A stretch of DNA of 64,000 nt from Actinomycetes bacterium (GCA_041303575.1 JBFYOY010000037.1:10711-74710), one strand, 5' to 3'; positions 38,810-49,494 are shown, numbered from the stretch's first letter. Program-made: numbers and translations. Notes: generated by a model from the letters alone, not told the origin.

Positions 38810-40255
38810 ATGCTGGATTCATACTTCAAAATCTCTGAGCGGGGCTCAACAATTGCCCAAGAGGTTCGAGGCGGACTCGTAACCTTCTTCACGATGGCTT
38901 ACATCGTGGCTCTCAACCCAATTATTCTGGCTTACACGCCAGATGCAAATGGTCAGTTCCTATTTGGTGGAGCACAGCCTGCTCCTGCGATGGTTGCAGC
39001 AACCACAGCTTTAGTTGCTGGTCTGCTAACAATCCTTATGGGATCAATTGCTAACTATCCATTGGCACTTGCAACAGGCCTTGGTCTCAATACCTTTGTT
39101 GCAGTTGGTATCGCATCAAAGATGACATGGGCTGCTGCTATGGGTCTTGTAGTTCTAGAAGGTCTCATCATCTTAGTTTTGGTTCTCACCGGATTCCGCG
39201 TTGCGGTATTCAAGGCGGTTCCACCTCAGATCAAGATCGCAATCTCTGTTGGTATCGGTCTATTTATCGCTCTCATCGGTCTTGTTGATGCTGGCTTTGT
39301 ACGCCGTACCGCAAGTGGTCCAGTTCCAGTAGGCCTAGGCGTCAATGGAAATCTCGTTGGCTGGCCAACAGTAGTTTTCGTTTTCGGAACCTTGTTGATC
39401 ATCGGACTAATGGTTCGTAAGGTCAAGGGTGCGATTCTTATTGGAATCGCTGCCGCAACTGTTTTGGCGATCGTTATCCAAAAAATGTACAACATTGCTC
39501 CAAACTTCACTCCTGGTAATCCTCCAACAATCGTTGATGGCGGATGGCAGCTAGGTATACCCGCAGTTCCTACAGAGATCGTCGCTGTTCCAGAGTTTGA
39601 TTTCACTGGTCAGTTTGATCTGCTCGGAGCCTTCAATGTGGACAATGTTTCACTTATTGCAGCAATTCTTCTTCTATTCACCTTGTTGCTATCTGATTTC
39701 TTCGACACTGTTGGAACAGTTACAGCAATCGGACACGAATCAGGTCTTGCTGACAAGGATGGAAATGTAGACAACATCCAGAAGATTCTTTTGGTTGACT
39801 CTGTAGCAGCTGCTGCAGGTGGTGCTGCAGGTATCTCATCAAACACAAGCTACATCGAATCAGCTTCAGGTGTTGGAGAAGGTGCTCGTACAGGCCTTGC
39901 TTCAATTGTTACAGGAATCGCATTCCTACTAACAACCTTCTTAGCTCCTCTCGTAGCGATCATTCCTTACGAGGCTGCAACTCCTGCCTTGATTATCGTC
40001 GGATTCCTGATGATGTCACAGATCAAGAATATTGACTGGGATGACATGGGCATCGGTGTCCCTGCATTCCTAACAATTATCTTGATGCCGTTCACTTACA
40101 ACATTTCAGTAGGTATCGGTGCAGGATTTATTACACATGTCGTGATTCGTTTGGTACAGGGACGTGGCAAAGAAGTTCACCCGTTGCTCTACTTAGTATC
40201 AGGTCTATTCATGATCTACTTCTTGTCCTCGCCGATCAACGCTTGGCTCGGATAA
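38810..40255 (+). CDS. NCS2 nucleobase permease (AzgA/PbuG-like, probably purine)
   Basis: EVRGGLVTFFTMAYI..NP, ANYP, DFFDTVGT, YIESASGV.EGARTG, MPFTYNI; ATG 38810 after GAAAGG. Confidence 0.92.
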   Translation: MLDSYFKISERGSTIAQEVRGGLVTFFTMAYIVALNPIILAYTPDANGQFLFGGAQPAPAMVAATTALVAGLLTILMGSIANYPLALATGLGLNTFVAVGIASKMTWAAAMGLVVLEGLIILVLVLTGFRVAVFKAVPPQIKIAISVGIGLFIALIGLVDAGFVRRTASGPVPVGLGVNGNLVGWPTVVFVFGTLLIIGLMVRKVKGAILIGIAAATVLAIVIQKMYNIAPNFTPGNPPTIVDGGWQLGIPAVPTEIVAVPEFDFTGQFDLLGAFNVDNVSLIAAILLLFTLLLSDFFDTVGTVTAIGHESGLADKDGNVDNIQKILLVDSVAAAAGGAAGISSNTSYIESASGVGEGARTGLASIVTGIAFLLTTFLAPLVAIIPYEAATPALIIVGFLMMSQIKNIDWDDMGIGVPAFLTIILMPFTYNISVGIGAGFITHVVIRLVQGRGKEVHPLLYLVSGLFMIYFLSSPINAWLG

Positions 40256-40264
40256 GCACTCTTC

Positions 40265-40302
40265 AAGCAAAAGGCCCCTGGGAAACCGGGGGCCTTTTGC
40301 TT
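40265..40302. terminator. Bidirectional intrinsic terminator
   Basis: 17-bp stem AAGCAAAAGGCCCCTGG-GAAA-CCGGGGGCCTTTTGCTT (one G-U pair) between convergent genes. Confidence 0.9.
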
Positions 40303-40937
40303 TACCACTTGATTTCGGAAAATCCTTTTTCACGAAGCTTTGCATTGACCTTTGAGAAAGGGCGAGAATCAAAAAATCCTCTGTATGCAGAAAGTGGGCT
40401 TGGATGAACCGAAGAGATGACATTTTCTTCTCGAAAGTAACGCTTGAGTTCAAGGGCGGAACTCCCCCACAACACCGCAATCACCTCTCTTTCTCCAAGG
40501 GTTCGAGCCACCGAGTTCGTAATATCCTGCCAACCAAGCTTTGCATGGGCCATTGATGCACCAATATCGGTAGTTAATATTCGGTTGATAAGCATTACAC
40601 CTTGATCAAACCAATCTGCCAAATCCCCATTACCTCTTTTTATGCCGAGATCGCTATCTAACTCCTTGTAAATGTTTCGCAAGGAGGCCGGTAATCGAGA
40701 GACATTGGTATCTACTGAGAATGCCAAGCCATGCGCATACCCCATAGTGGGATATGGATCTTGTCCAAAAATGACAACTGAGGTGCTATCTATCGAATGT
40801 GAAAGCGCCCTAAAAACATTGTGATAAGAAGGCGCGATCTCTGTTGACTCAACAGCCAGATCAATCAAATCAATTAAAGGCTTTTGTTGCTCTAACGCTA
40901 ACTGCCAATCTGGATGAAGATAATCAAAGAGCTGCAC
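40302..40937 (-). CDS. ung: Uracil-DNA glycosylase, family 1
   Basis: GQDPY, GLAFS, SLRNIYKEL, HPSPLS. Confidence 0.93.
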   Translation of the reverse strand: MQLFDYLHPDWQLALEQQKPLIDLIDLAVESTEIAPSYHNVFRALSHSIDSTSVVIFGQDPYPTMGYAHGLAFSVDTNVSRLPASLRNIYKELDSDLGIKRGNGDLADWFDQGVMLINRILTTDIGASMAHAKLGWQDITNSVARTLGEREVIAVLWGSSALELKRYFREENVISSVHPSPLSAYRGFFDSRPFSKVNAKLREKGFSEIKW

Positions 40938-41712
40938 GTGCGAAGAACCGACCTGATTCAGGGGTCACAGTTATCCAGGCTCCAAAGACCGCTGAAACAT
41001 GTTCGGAGGTTACTACCTGGTCAATGGGTCCTGAAACGGCGATCACGCCATCCTTAATAAGCAGTGCGTGAGTAGTTCCTACAGGAATCTCTTCTATGTG
41101 GTGGGTAACTAGAATTGTTGCAGGCGCTAAAGGGTCCGCTGCAAAGTTGGCAAAACGTCGAAGGAGATCTTCTCGTCCGCCTAAATCTAAACCTGCAGCT
41201 GGTTCATCTAAGAGAAGAAGTTCAGGATCGGTCATTAGAGCGCGCGAGATCTGAACACGTTTCTTTTCACCTTCGCTCAAAGTTCCATATAAACGATCGC
41301 CAAGTTCTCGAACACCAAAGTTGGTAAGCAGGGCCATAGCGCGAGATTCATCCCATAAGTCATATGCTTCATTCCATCGCCCTAATATTGCATACGCTGC
41401 AGTCAGTACTACATCTTTAACTGTTTCATCATCTGGAATATCCTCGGCGATGACAGAACCACACAGACCAATTCGCGTGCGAAGTTCAAATAAATCGACC
41501 TTACCCATCTCTTTATCCAGGACAGTAACGCTCCCCTGAGTTGGAAAGATCTTCGTAGACAAAATCTGCAACAAGGTCGATTTCCCAGCGCCATTAGGCC
41601 CAAGCACCACCCAACGCTCACCTTGGGAAATAGAGAAATTTATGGGACCCAAGATGACACGATCTCCTCGGCGAACAGAGACCTCGTTGAGAGTTAGAAC
41701 AGAGTTACTCAT
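40924..41712 (-). CDS. Orphan ABC ATP-binding protein (Rv3041c-like)
   Basis: GPNGAGKST, LSEGE, LLLDEP, VTHH; adjacent to serB. Confidence 0.88.
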   Translation of the reverse strand: MSNSVLTLNEVSVRRGDRVILGPINFSISQGERWVVLGPNGAGKSTLLQILSTKIFPTQGSVTVLDKEMGKVDLFELRTRIGLCGSVIAEDIPDDETVKDVVLTAAYAILGRWNEAYDLWDESRAMALLTNFGVRELGDRLYGTLSEGEKKRVQISRALMTDPELLLLDEPAAGLDLGGREDLLRRFANFAADPLAPATILVTHHIEEIPVGTTHALLIKDGVIAVSGPIDQVVTSEHVSAVFGAWITVTPESGRFFARAAL

Positions 41713-41798
41713 AGATGGTAAAAGATACTGCTAGAACCCCTTAAAGTTGGGCAAAGCTGAGCTAAGCCATGAGTGATTCACGATAACCTTGCCCTCTT

Positions 41799-42314
41799 AT
41801 GACAAATGAGAGCGAACACACGCAGGTATTTTCAGGGCTCATCCTTCTTACTGGAGAGGATAAGCCGGGATTGGCCGATGCCCTTTTTGAGGCTCTTTCA
41901 CCCTTTGCGGTATCAATTATTGATATCGACCAGATAGTCATCAGCTCCCGTTTAATTCTGACGGTTCAGATTTCACTCAATCAGGCACATCAGGGTGCCA
42001 TTGAAAGTGATCTAGAGCTACTAGCTCAACGTTTAGAGATCGATATTGCATCTATCTTTGATTTCTCTGATTCACCTAGTCCAATGAAACATGATGCCAC
42101 TATTCGTATCACCGCATCAAAATTGTTACCCCGTTTCATCAACTCGGTGACATCTGTTGTTCTATCTTCCGGTGGAAATATCCTACGATTCAATCGCAGC
42201 TCATTAAGCCCCATGGTGGTTGAGATAGATGTGGCGGGTTCAACTGCAGCGAATTTGCAAGAGGCTCTTGGTGCTGTTCCAGCAGAGTCAGATCTGCAGA
42301 TCTCGGTTCATTAA
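41799..42314 (+). CDS. ACT-domain protein (N-terminal regulatory part of SerB2-type phosphatase)
   Basis: LTGEDKPGL..LF..L, IIDIDQ.VI; second degenerate ACT with GGNI; directly upstream of the HAD domain. Confidence 0.75.
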   Translation: MTNESEHTQVFSGLILLTGEDKPGLADALFEALSPFAVSIIDIDQIVISSRLILTVQISLNQAHQGAIESDLELLAQRLEIDIASIFDFSDSPSPMKHDATIRITASKLLPRFINSVTSVVLSSGGNILRFNRSSLSPMVVEIDVAGSTAANLQEALGAVPAESDLQISVH

Positions 42315-42321
42315 GGAAATT

Positions 42322-42960
42322 ATGAGCTTCAGGAAGCGTCTCGTTCAGTTTGATGTTGATTCAACCTTTATACAACAAGAGGCGATCGAATTACTGGCAG
42401 CCAAAGCGGGCGTATTGCCGCAAGTGGCTCGTATTACCGATTCGGCGATGCGCGGAGAGCTAGATTTTGCTGAAAGCTTGATAGCGCGTGTGGCATTGTT
42501 AAATGGTTTATCTGACTCTGTAATTGAACAGGTTCGCGCAGAGATCGCATTAACTGATGGAGCCGCAGAGTTGGTTGAGATATTGCATAAAGATGGCCAT
42601 AGTGTTGCCTTAGTCTCTGGTGGCTTTGCAAACATAATGCAACCAATAGTCGATGATTTGAAGATCGATTACTTCAGAGCAAATATCTTAGAGATCAAAG
42701 ATGGTGTGCTAACTGGCAAGGTTGTTGGACCTATTATTGACCGTGCTGCGAAGGCTCAAGCTTTGCGTGAGTTTGCCCTTGATTCACAGGTTGAGTTGGC
42801 AGACACCGTGGCCATCGGAGATGGTGCAAATGACTTAGACATGATGGCGATCGCTGGCATAAGCATCGCCTTCAATGCAAAACCAATAGTTACAGAAGCG
42901 GCAACCTTCTCGATAACAGAGCCATCTTTAGCTTCCGTTAAATCTTTGATAGGCCTATAA
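42322..42960 (+). CDS. serB: Phosphoserine phosphatase (catalytic HAD domain)
   Basis: FDVDST, AMRGELDF..SL..RV, VSGGF, GDGANDL; ATG 42322 after AAGGA. Confidence 0.92.
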   Translation: MSFRKRLVQFDVDSTFIQQEAIELLAAKAGVLPQVARITDSAMRGELDFAESLIARVALLNGLSDSVIEQVRAEIALTDGAAELVEILHKDGHSVALVSGGFANIMQPIVDDLKIDYFRANILEIKDGVLTGKVVGPIIDRAAKAQALREFALDSQVELADTVAIGDGANDLDMMAIAGISIAFNAKPIVTEAATFSITEPSLASVKSLIGL

Positions 42961-43806
42961 CTAGAGCCGACAGGCGTGAATATCGGTGACCAGGATTCCT
43001 CTGGCGCCCAAAGCCCAGAGCTCATCCATAACGCGATTAGTCTCTTTTCGCAAAACCATTGCCCTGACAGCAACCCAATCATCCTTTTGCAAAGGTGAGA
43101 TTGTTGGTGACTCCAAGCCAGGTGTAATTGCACAGGCCTTATCGACAAGTGATTTCGGGACATCGTAATCCAGTAAAACGTATCGTCTTGCAGTCACCAC
43201 ACCTTGCAAACGACGGATAAGAACATCCAATCCAGATGGAATCTCTGTCCCAGCGCGCTTAATCAAGACCGCTTCGCTACTTAAAATCGGTTCTCCAAAT
43301 GTTTGTAATCCTGCTTGTCGTAATGTGTTGCCTGTACTCACAACATCGGCGATCAAATCAGCAACACCTAGCCGCACACTGCTTTCTACCGCTCCATCTA
43401 AGCGAACAATCTTTGCTGTGATACCCAGCTTGCTGAGACTGTGTTCTACTAACCCCGGATAAGCGGTTGCAACTCGTTTGCCCTGAATATCGTTCTCGCT
43501 CCACGCCTTGCCAGTTGGCGCGGCAAAGCGAAAGGTTGATCCGCCAAAATCTAGGGATAAAACCTCTTGTGCATCTGCGGCAGAGTCAATCAACAAATCC
43601 CTACCTGTTATTCCCGCCTCCAGCTCGCCAGATCCAACATATACAGCAATATCTCTGGGACGTAAGTAGTAAAACTCGACAGAGTTGTCAGGATCAATCA
43701 ACACTAGATCACGGCTATCGGTACGTTGACGGTAACCCGCCTCTTTTAAAATTGCGATGGAGCTGTCTGCAAGGGATCCCTTGTTAGGGACTGCGATTCT
43801 TAACAT
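42961..43806 (-). CDS. hisG: ATP phosphoribosyltransferase (long form)
   Basis: IAVPNKG, RPRDI, GAVE, DVVSTG.TL, PGLESPT. Confidence 0.95.
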   Translation of the reverse strand: MLRIAVPNKGSLADSSIAILKEAGYRQRTDSRDLVLIDPDNSVEFYYLRPRDIAVYVGSGELEAGITGRDLLIDSAADAQEVLSLDFGGSTFRFAAPTGKAWSENDIQGKRVATAYPGLVEHSLSKLGITAKIVRLDGAVESSVRLGVADLIADVVSTGNTLRQAGLQTFGEPILSSEAVLIKRAGTEIPSGLDVLIRRLQGVVTARRYVLLDYDVPKSLVDKACAITPGLESPTISPLQKDDWVAVRAMVLRKETNRVMDELWALGARGILVTDIHACRL

Positions 43807-43815
43807 TCTGGCTCC

Positions 43816-44079
43816 TTATAAGTACTTGTATACATCATTGAGAGTGAGGCCACGTGCGAGCATCAAAGTTTGAAGGTGGTAGATGAGCTGACTGATCTCC
43901 TCAGCTAAAGCTGCATCGCTTTCATGCTCTGCTGCCAGCCACACCTCACCAGCCTCTTCAAGAATCTTCTTTCCTATCGAATGAACGCCGGCATCAAGGG
44001 AGGCTACCGTTCCTGATCCCTCGGGACGTTCGATCGCCTTTGTGCTCAGTTCATTCCATAAATCTTCGAAGCTCTTCAT
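43816..44079 (-). CDS. hisE: Phosphoribosyl-ATP pyrophosphatase
   Basis: [33 protein letters not shown]; ATG 44079. Confidence 0.93.
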   Translation of the reverse strand: MKSFEDLWNELSTKAIERPEGSGTVASLDAGVHSIGKKILEEAGEVWLAAEHESDAALAEEISQLIYHLQTLMLARGLTLNDVYKYL

Positions 44080-44092
44080 GCTGCAAAGTTTA

Positions 44093-44761
44093 CTAGGACT
44101 CAAACTTACTCGCTGCGAATTTTCTAATATCGACAACCATCTGAGCCGGATCTGGAGCGTTGAAAACAGCACTTCCGACTACAAATGTATCCGCACCAGC
44201 ATCTAGCGCCATCTCAATCGTACTCATGGATATTCCACCATCTACCTGCAACCAAATAGGGCGATCACCAATTATCTTTCGAGTTTTTCGCACCTTATCC
44301 ATCATGTTCTCCATGAACTTTTGTCCACCGAAACCAGGCTCAACGGTCATAATAAGGAACATATCGAGCAGATCTACAAATTCAGCATAATCCTCTATTG
44401 GAGTATCGGGCTTTATGCCCAAACTTGATCGTGAACCAGCTGCTCTAATGTTCTTCAAGGTCAAAGGGATGTTCTTTGTTGCCTCGGCATGAATTGTTAC
44501 CGAAGCGCACCCAATTTCAGCATACTGAACTGCGATTTGATCGACATCGGCCACCATTAGGTGGGCATCTACAGGTAAAGATGATTCAGAAATAATCTGC
44601 GATGCTGCTGCAAAATCAAAGGTGAAGTTAGGTACAAAAACATCATCCATCACATCAAGATGAAGTAAATCCGATACTTGAGCGATTGAGTCAATCTCTT
44701 CATTGAGGCGAGAAAAATCTGCATTCAAAATACTCGGGGTGATTCTGATCTCTCGGCTCAT
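44093..44761 (-). CDS. rpe: Ribulose-phosphate 3-epimerase
   Basis: [31 protein letters not shown]. Confidence 0.95.
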   Translation of the reverse strand: MSREIRITPSILNADFSRLNEEIDSIAQVSDLLHLDVMDDVFVPNFTFDFAAASQIISESSLPVDAHLMVADVDQIAVQYAEIGCASVTIHAEATKNIPLTLKNIRAAGSRSSLGIKPDTPIEDYAEFVDLLDMFLIMTVEPGFGGQKFMENMMDKVRKTRKIIGDRPIWLQVDGGISMSTIEMALDAGADTFVVGSAVFNAPDPAQMVVDIRKFAASKFES

Positions 44762-44770
44762 ATCCCTATT

Positions 44771-46138
44771 TTACTCGCTAATCTTTTTAAAAAGGGCTAA
44801 ATACATTGCGTCGGTACCAGTTCGGTGGGTCCACAACGCCATAGCTTGATCTCGTTCTGAAAGTAGTAAATTTGCCGGCAGGTATGGATGCACATCCACT
44901 TGCTCCATGTTTGGGTGCTTCCGTTTGAGATCTGCAATTTGAATAGATGTCTCAGCCAGATGTGGAGAGCATGTGGCATATCCCAAAACTCCACCAACTT
45001 GTAAAGCCTTGATTCCGGAGTCGATCAACTCTCGCTGCAATTGAGTAAGCACCCGTAGATCTTGCAAATTACGACGCCAACGTACTTCTGGTCGTCGACG
45101 TAAAGCACCAAGACCTGTACAAGGCGCATCGATCAAAATGGCATCAAACTTTTCAGACTGGTTGCCTATCTCCCGACCATCGCCAACGATGACGCGATCA
45201 CCATTAATTACCTGACGTACTAAATCTGCACGTACAGATGAAATCTCATTAGCGGTGAAGGTCACTCCACGTTCTCGCGCAATGCTGGATAAAAGCGCTG
45301 CTTTACCTCCAGGACCAGCGCACATATCAAGCCAACTTTTACCGGCTGAGGCTGATGCAAAAACAGAGGCTACAAGTTGTGAACCTTCATCCTGTACGCC
45401 GATTTTCCGAGATTTGATCAAATCAAGCGCCCCCGGATTGCCTTTCCAATGGGCACCATAAGGAGAGTATGTAGTTGGCTCTCCCCCGATGCCTTTCAAA
45501 TCCTCTATAGATGACAATCCTGGCCAGGACACTAAAGTTGGAACCGCCGCTTCATTGTTAATCGCAAGGGCTTGCTCAACCTCCTTCCAATCCTTGAGAA
45601 GGTCGAAATAGGCTGAAACTATCCACTCGGGATGTGAGTATTGAATAGATAACCTTTGAACCGCATCAGTCATCTCAAGAAGGGGTGCAAACCAATCCTC
45701 CTGACTCTTTCGAGTTACATTGCGAAGCATCGCATTTACAAAGCTTGCCTTTGACTCACCTAAACGCTTTCGAGCGACTTCCACCGTCGATGCAACAGCA
45801 GCATGGTCTGGAATACGCATTTCATGAATTTGATGAACACCCATACGGCAAATATCTACAATTCCAGGATCTACCTCTAACCAAGGCCGATCACTGATTT
45901 GAGCCAGAACCCAATCATGTTTGCCTTGCATTCGAATCGTTCCGTAGAGAAGCTCTGTTACCAGGGCTCTATCACGATCATCTAACTTGCTGACATTGAG
46001 TGCCTGAGGAAGGAGCAGGTTTGAATAACCCTCATTGCGATTTACCTCGGTCAGCAGATCAAAGGCAAGCAATCGAGAAGCTTCAGGTTTTGGAGATTTA
46101 AAGGTATTACGACGTGCCTCAGCCAAAGTACTCTCCAC
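44771..46138 (-). CDS. rsmB: RsmB/Sun-family rRNA m5C methyltransferase with NusB-like domain
   Basis: VQDEGSQ, DMCAGPGGK, DAPCTGLG, YATCS; exact start uncertain. Confidence 0.88.
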   Translation of the reverse strand: MESTLAEARRNTFKSPKPEASRLLAFDLLTEVNRNEGYSNLLLPQALNVSKLDDRDRALVTELLYGTIRMQGKHDWVLAQISDRPWLEVDPGIVDICRMGVHQIHEMRIPDHAAVASTVEVARKRLGESKASFVNAMLRNVTRKSQEDWFAPLLEMTDAVQRLSIQYSHPEWIVSAYFDLLKDWKEVEQALAINNEAAVPTLVSWPGLSSIEDLKGIGGEPTTYSPYGAHWKGNPGALDLIKSRKIGVQDEGSQLVASVFASASAGKSWLDMCAGPGGKAALLSSIARERGVTFTANEISSVRADLVRQVINGDRVIVGDGREIGNQSEKFDAILIDAPCTGLGALRRRPEVRWRRNLQDLRVLTQLQRELIDSGIKALQVGGVLGYATCSPHLAETSIQIADLKRKHPNMEQVDVHPYLPANLLLSERDQAMALWTHRTGTDAMYLALFKKISE

Positions 46139-47027
46139 CCACTAATCGTGCTCCTCGTGCCCAATCGATTGCCTTCATCTCCCTCTTACCGGCAGGTACC
46201 ACGGTTACAAGTTCAATCGCCGATTGATCCGCGCATCCAACGTAAACACTTTTCTCACTAGTAATAACTGCTCCCATTGGGATATCAGCATTATTGGTAA
46301 CTACAGCTGATGTAATTTTAAAAGGCTCCTTTTTCCATAATGTCCAAGCTCCAGGTTCATAAGTGAAAGCTCGTATGGCATTCACAACATCCTTTGCATG
46401 AACAGAAAAATCCAGTCGTGCCTCTTCTTTTGAGATTTTAGGTGCCAAACTCGATTGACCTGATTGAGAAATCGGAGATAAACCTTGAGAAATCTTTACA
46501 AGTGCCTCTTGAAGAACGATTGGACCTTGCTGTGATAGAGATGCCAGAAGTTCAGAACTCCTCCACGATGGATCGATATCAACAGAGCTTTGCGAATAAA
46601 TCGGCCCCGTATCCATACCCTTTTCTAATTGAAACACAGTAACTCCGGTAACAAGGTCACCATTTTGAAGCGCTCTTTGCGCAGGAGCTGCGCCTCTGTA
46701 TAGAGGTAACAATGAGAAATGAAGGTTAATGAAACCAAACTTGGGAAGATCTAAAATGGCTTGCGGAAGTAAGACCCCATAACCGATAGTGATGACACAA
46801 TCTAAAACTTCTATGTGACCTTTTAGGTCGAGAGGGTTTAAAGGTTTGACTATCTTTACTTTGTGTTGATCGGCCCAATCAGCGACAACGCTTTGCTTCA
46901 TTGCCCTTCCCCGACCCGAGGGTTTGTCAGGTTGAGTGATAATCAGAGCCAACTCATGCTCGGTTGTTAGCAACCAATCCAAACAAGGAACTGCTACCTC
47001 CGGAGTAGCTGCTACTCCGAGACGCAT
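46119..47027 (-). CDS. fmt: Methionyl-tRNA formyltransferase
   Basis: TQPDKPSGRG, NLHFSLLP.YRGAAP, MDTGP. Confidence 0.94.
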   Translation of the reverse strand: MRLGVAATPEVAVPCLDWLLTTEHELALIITQPDKPSGRGRAMKQSVVADWADQHKVKIVKPLNPLDLKGHIEVLDCVITIGYGVLLPQAILDLPKFGFINLHFSLLPLYRGAAPAQRALQNGDLVTGVTVFQLEKGMDTGPIYSQSSVDIDPSWRSSELLASLSQQGPIVLQEALVKISQGLSPISQSGQSSLAPKISKEEARLDFSVHAKDVVNAIRAFTYEPGAWTLWKKEPFKITSAVVTNNADIPMGAVITSEKSVYVGCADQSAIELVTVVPAGKREMKAIDWARGARLVGGEYFG

Positions 47028-47587
47028 TAGGTGTTCCGTCCGAATATTGAGTGAGGCGAATCCTTTACTTGAATTGCTTGGCCTTTCTCGGCGGCTAGAT
47101 TAAACCACTCTGATTCGCGAATCTCCTTCATTGCAGACTTGCGATCCTCTGCTGACAACTTATCAATAAAAAGAATTCCGTTCAGATGATCGTTTTCATG
47201 CTGAAGCGCTCTTGCCAAAAACTCACTGCCTTCAACGGTGATCGGCTCTCCATACATATTAAAACCCTTTGCAACCGCCCTCATCGCTCTTGGAGTTTCA
47301 TAACGAAGTTCCGGGAAGGACAGACATCCTTCCTCCCCATCCTGCATCTCATCACTAAGGGTCAGAACAGGATTGATGAGGTGTCCCAGAGTTTCATCTA
47401 CATCCCAAACAAAGACGCGTAGCGAAACACCGATTTGGGGTGCTGCAAGCCCTGCACCTGGGGCATCCAACATCGTATCTGTCAGATCTTTAACAAGTAC
47501 ACGCAGCTCTTTGTCAAAATCAAGGACCGGTGATGCAGGAGTGGTAAGAACTGGATCACCAAAGAAGCGAATTTCCTGAATCGACAT
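47027..47587 (-). CDS. def: Peptide deformylase
   Basis: GAGLAAPQIG, EGCLS, QHENDHLNG. Confidence 0.96.
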   Translation of the reverse strand: MSIQEIRFFGDPVLTTPASPVLDFDKELRVLVKDLTDTMLDAPGAGLAAPQIGVSLRVFVWDVDETLGHLINPVLTLSDEMQDGEEGCLSFPELRYETPRAMRAVAKGFNMYGEPITVEGSEFLARALQHENDHLNGILFIDKLSAEDRKSAMKEIRESEWFNLAAEKGQAIQVKDSPHSIFGRNT

Positions 47588-47607
47588 GCCCGAAGTCTAT
47601 CAATGAG

Positions 47608-49491
47608 TTATAGAGAATAAGGATCAATTCTCAGTGTCAGTAAATCCTTCTTCGAAATACTGCGCTTTCGTTGGAGTTCATGCAGTACAAGTGCCAATTG
47701 ACTCCATTCTTCAGATTCGACATGGATGACTATTTTGGCTTGGGATTTAGGCAATTGCGTGGGACCAAATAATCGTGATGACAAAGGCAAGCGTCCCTCT
47801 GTCTTCGCCTTGTTTAATCCAGCTGCAATTGATGGGGCTGCAGTTGCATCTAAGACCAGAACAGCTGAAGTCACTGTTGGGGGAAGGTTGAGATCGGCTC
47901 TATCGGCTAACTCTCGCTTGAGCATAGGTGCGATATTCCAACGTGCAACCGCTGCAACGATTGGATGAGAGTCATCAATAACCAACAAAACTTTGCCGGA
48001 TTGGCTAATTAAAGAAGAGGTCTCAAAGATCAACTCTCTTGCACGTTCTTGACTGTTGATATCTGTATGAGAAAAAAATCTAGTTGCATCCAATACAACA
48101 ACCGCGGCATATCCTCCATCAACAAGAGGTTGAGCACCAGGAGTAGAAAGCACCAAAGATGGCTTTGATTCAACTCTTTCCTTGATCACATCACCCGCTG
48201 AGATCACTACTGGAAAACCAGGAAAAGCCCGTGAAATCTCCTCTGCTGCCCTATCAATACCTCTGCCCGCTAGATACTGCTTATCTCTTAAGCAAAAACT
48301 GCAACGCCAATCAGGAAAGCCACTTCCGCAATGGACGCAAGTTGGTGCTTGATTCTTTGATGCTACGGAGAGTCGGCCGCCACATTTGCAGATTGCAATA
48401 TTCTTACAATGCGCACACAGAAGTGCATTGCCATAGCCCTTTCTCGGCGCCAAGAACAATACAGGACCGCTCTTTAGTGATCTCTTTATCTCGGAAAAGA
48501 TTCTGCCCGGAAGTAATCCTCCATCATTGGGTGTAAATGCTTCTACCTTTACCTCAACCCGTTGGTTTTTATATTTGGTAAGGCCCCGATCAATATCAAA
48601 TGCTGCTTTGATGGATGGTGCGAAGCCGGTAAAAACAAGCTCTACGCCTTCCAGTTGTGCTCTCATTTTTGCAATTGCAAAGGTGTTCCAACCTGGGGAC
48701 CTCACCTCGTAATGTTCGGGTGAGGACTCCTTAAAGACGATAATCGCAGCCAGATTATTTACTGGTGCAAAGACAGCGCTGCGGGTACCAACAACGATAG
48801 ATTGTTCAAGCCTCATTGAAAGTAGGAAGTTTCGATATCTCTCATCCCGCGCAGAAGAGCTAGTCAGCGGTATTACATTCTGATGAGTATTTGAAAGAGC
48901 AATGCAAATCTGCTCAACATCTTTCTCATCCGGGGCAACGATCAGGATTGAACCAGAGTTCTTTACTTGATTTATGATTGAGGATAATTGGTCATGCGCA
49001 GGACTGAAAGGCGCGAAGCTCTGAAAAGAGGAACCACCTCTGTTTGCACCTTTCTTCGCGTCAAACTTATGGACTGATAACTCTTTTTCGACGCTTGCAA
49101 CACGCGGCGGGATCGCAGAGCGTATGAGATCCCATGGATTGCAGCAGTAATACGAAGCCGCGTGGTCTACGAGCTCTAGACTCTCTTTCGTTGCAACTGG
49201 ATGCAGTGACAATACTTTTGTGATTGACTTCAAATCACCTGCACGTTCTGGGGTTGCAGAGCGAGAGACGACTATCCCCTCAGTTTCACGTCCGCCGAAA
49301 GGAATCTGAACTCGAACTCCAGTTACTACGCCCACGCTTAATCTTTCTGGGATTGCGTAGTCGTACAACTGATCGAGATGAAAAACCCCAGTATCTACCC
49401 GAATCCTTGCGATCGGTAAGGTGTCAGCTATCGGGCCTGAAGGAGCCGGAGCAACTTCAGCCTTGAGTCTAAATAGCCGAGGTGATGCCAC
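47608..49491 (-). CDS. priA: Primosomal protein N' (actinobacterial type, degenerate helicase motifs)
   Basis: N-terminal 3'-DNA-binding domain (YDYAIP..G.RV.IPFG), VGTRSAVFAP, Cys-rich Zn region, C-terminal RIDP; follows metK. Confidence 0.85.
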   Translation of the reverse strand: MASPRLFRLKAEVAPAPSGPIADTLPIARIRVDTGVFHLDQLYDYAIPERLSVGVVTGVRVQIPFGGRETEGIVVSRSATPERAGDLKSITKVLSLHPVATKESLELVDHAASYYCCNPWDLIRSAIPPRVASVEKELSVHKFDAKKGANRGGSSFQSFAPFSPAHDQLSSIINQVKNSGSILIVAPDEKDVEQICIALSNTHQNVIPLTSSSARDERYRNFLLSMRLEQSIVVGTRSAVFAPVNNLAAIIVFKESSPEHYEVRSPGWNTFAIAKMRAQLEGVELVFTGFAPSIKAAFDIDRGLTKYKNQRVEVKVEAFTPNDGGLLPGRIFSEIKRSLKSGPVLFLAPRKGYGNALLCAHCKNIAICKCGGRLSVASKNQAPTCVHCGSGFPDWRCSFCLRDKQYLAGRGIDRAAEEISRAFPGFPVVISAGDVIKERVESKPSLVLSTPGAQPLVDGGYAAVVVLDATRFFSHTDINSQERARELIFETSSLISQSGKVLLVIDDSHPIVAAVARWNIAPMLKRELADRADLNLPPTVTSAVLVLDATAAPSIAAGLNKAKTEGRLPLSSRLFGPTQLPKSQAKIVIHVESEEWSQLALVLHELQRKRSISKKDLLTLRIDPYSL

Positions 49492-49494
49492 CGG

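Noticed and set aside
47608-49491. priA as a pseudogene because Walker A and DExH motifs are missing
   Set aside because: The ORF is intact, and helicase-degenerate PriA is known in actinobacteria.
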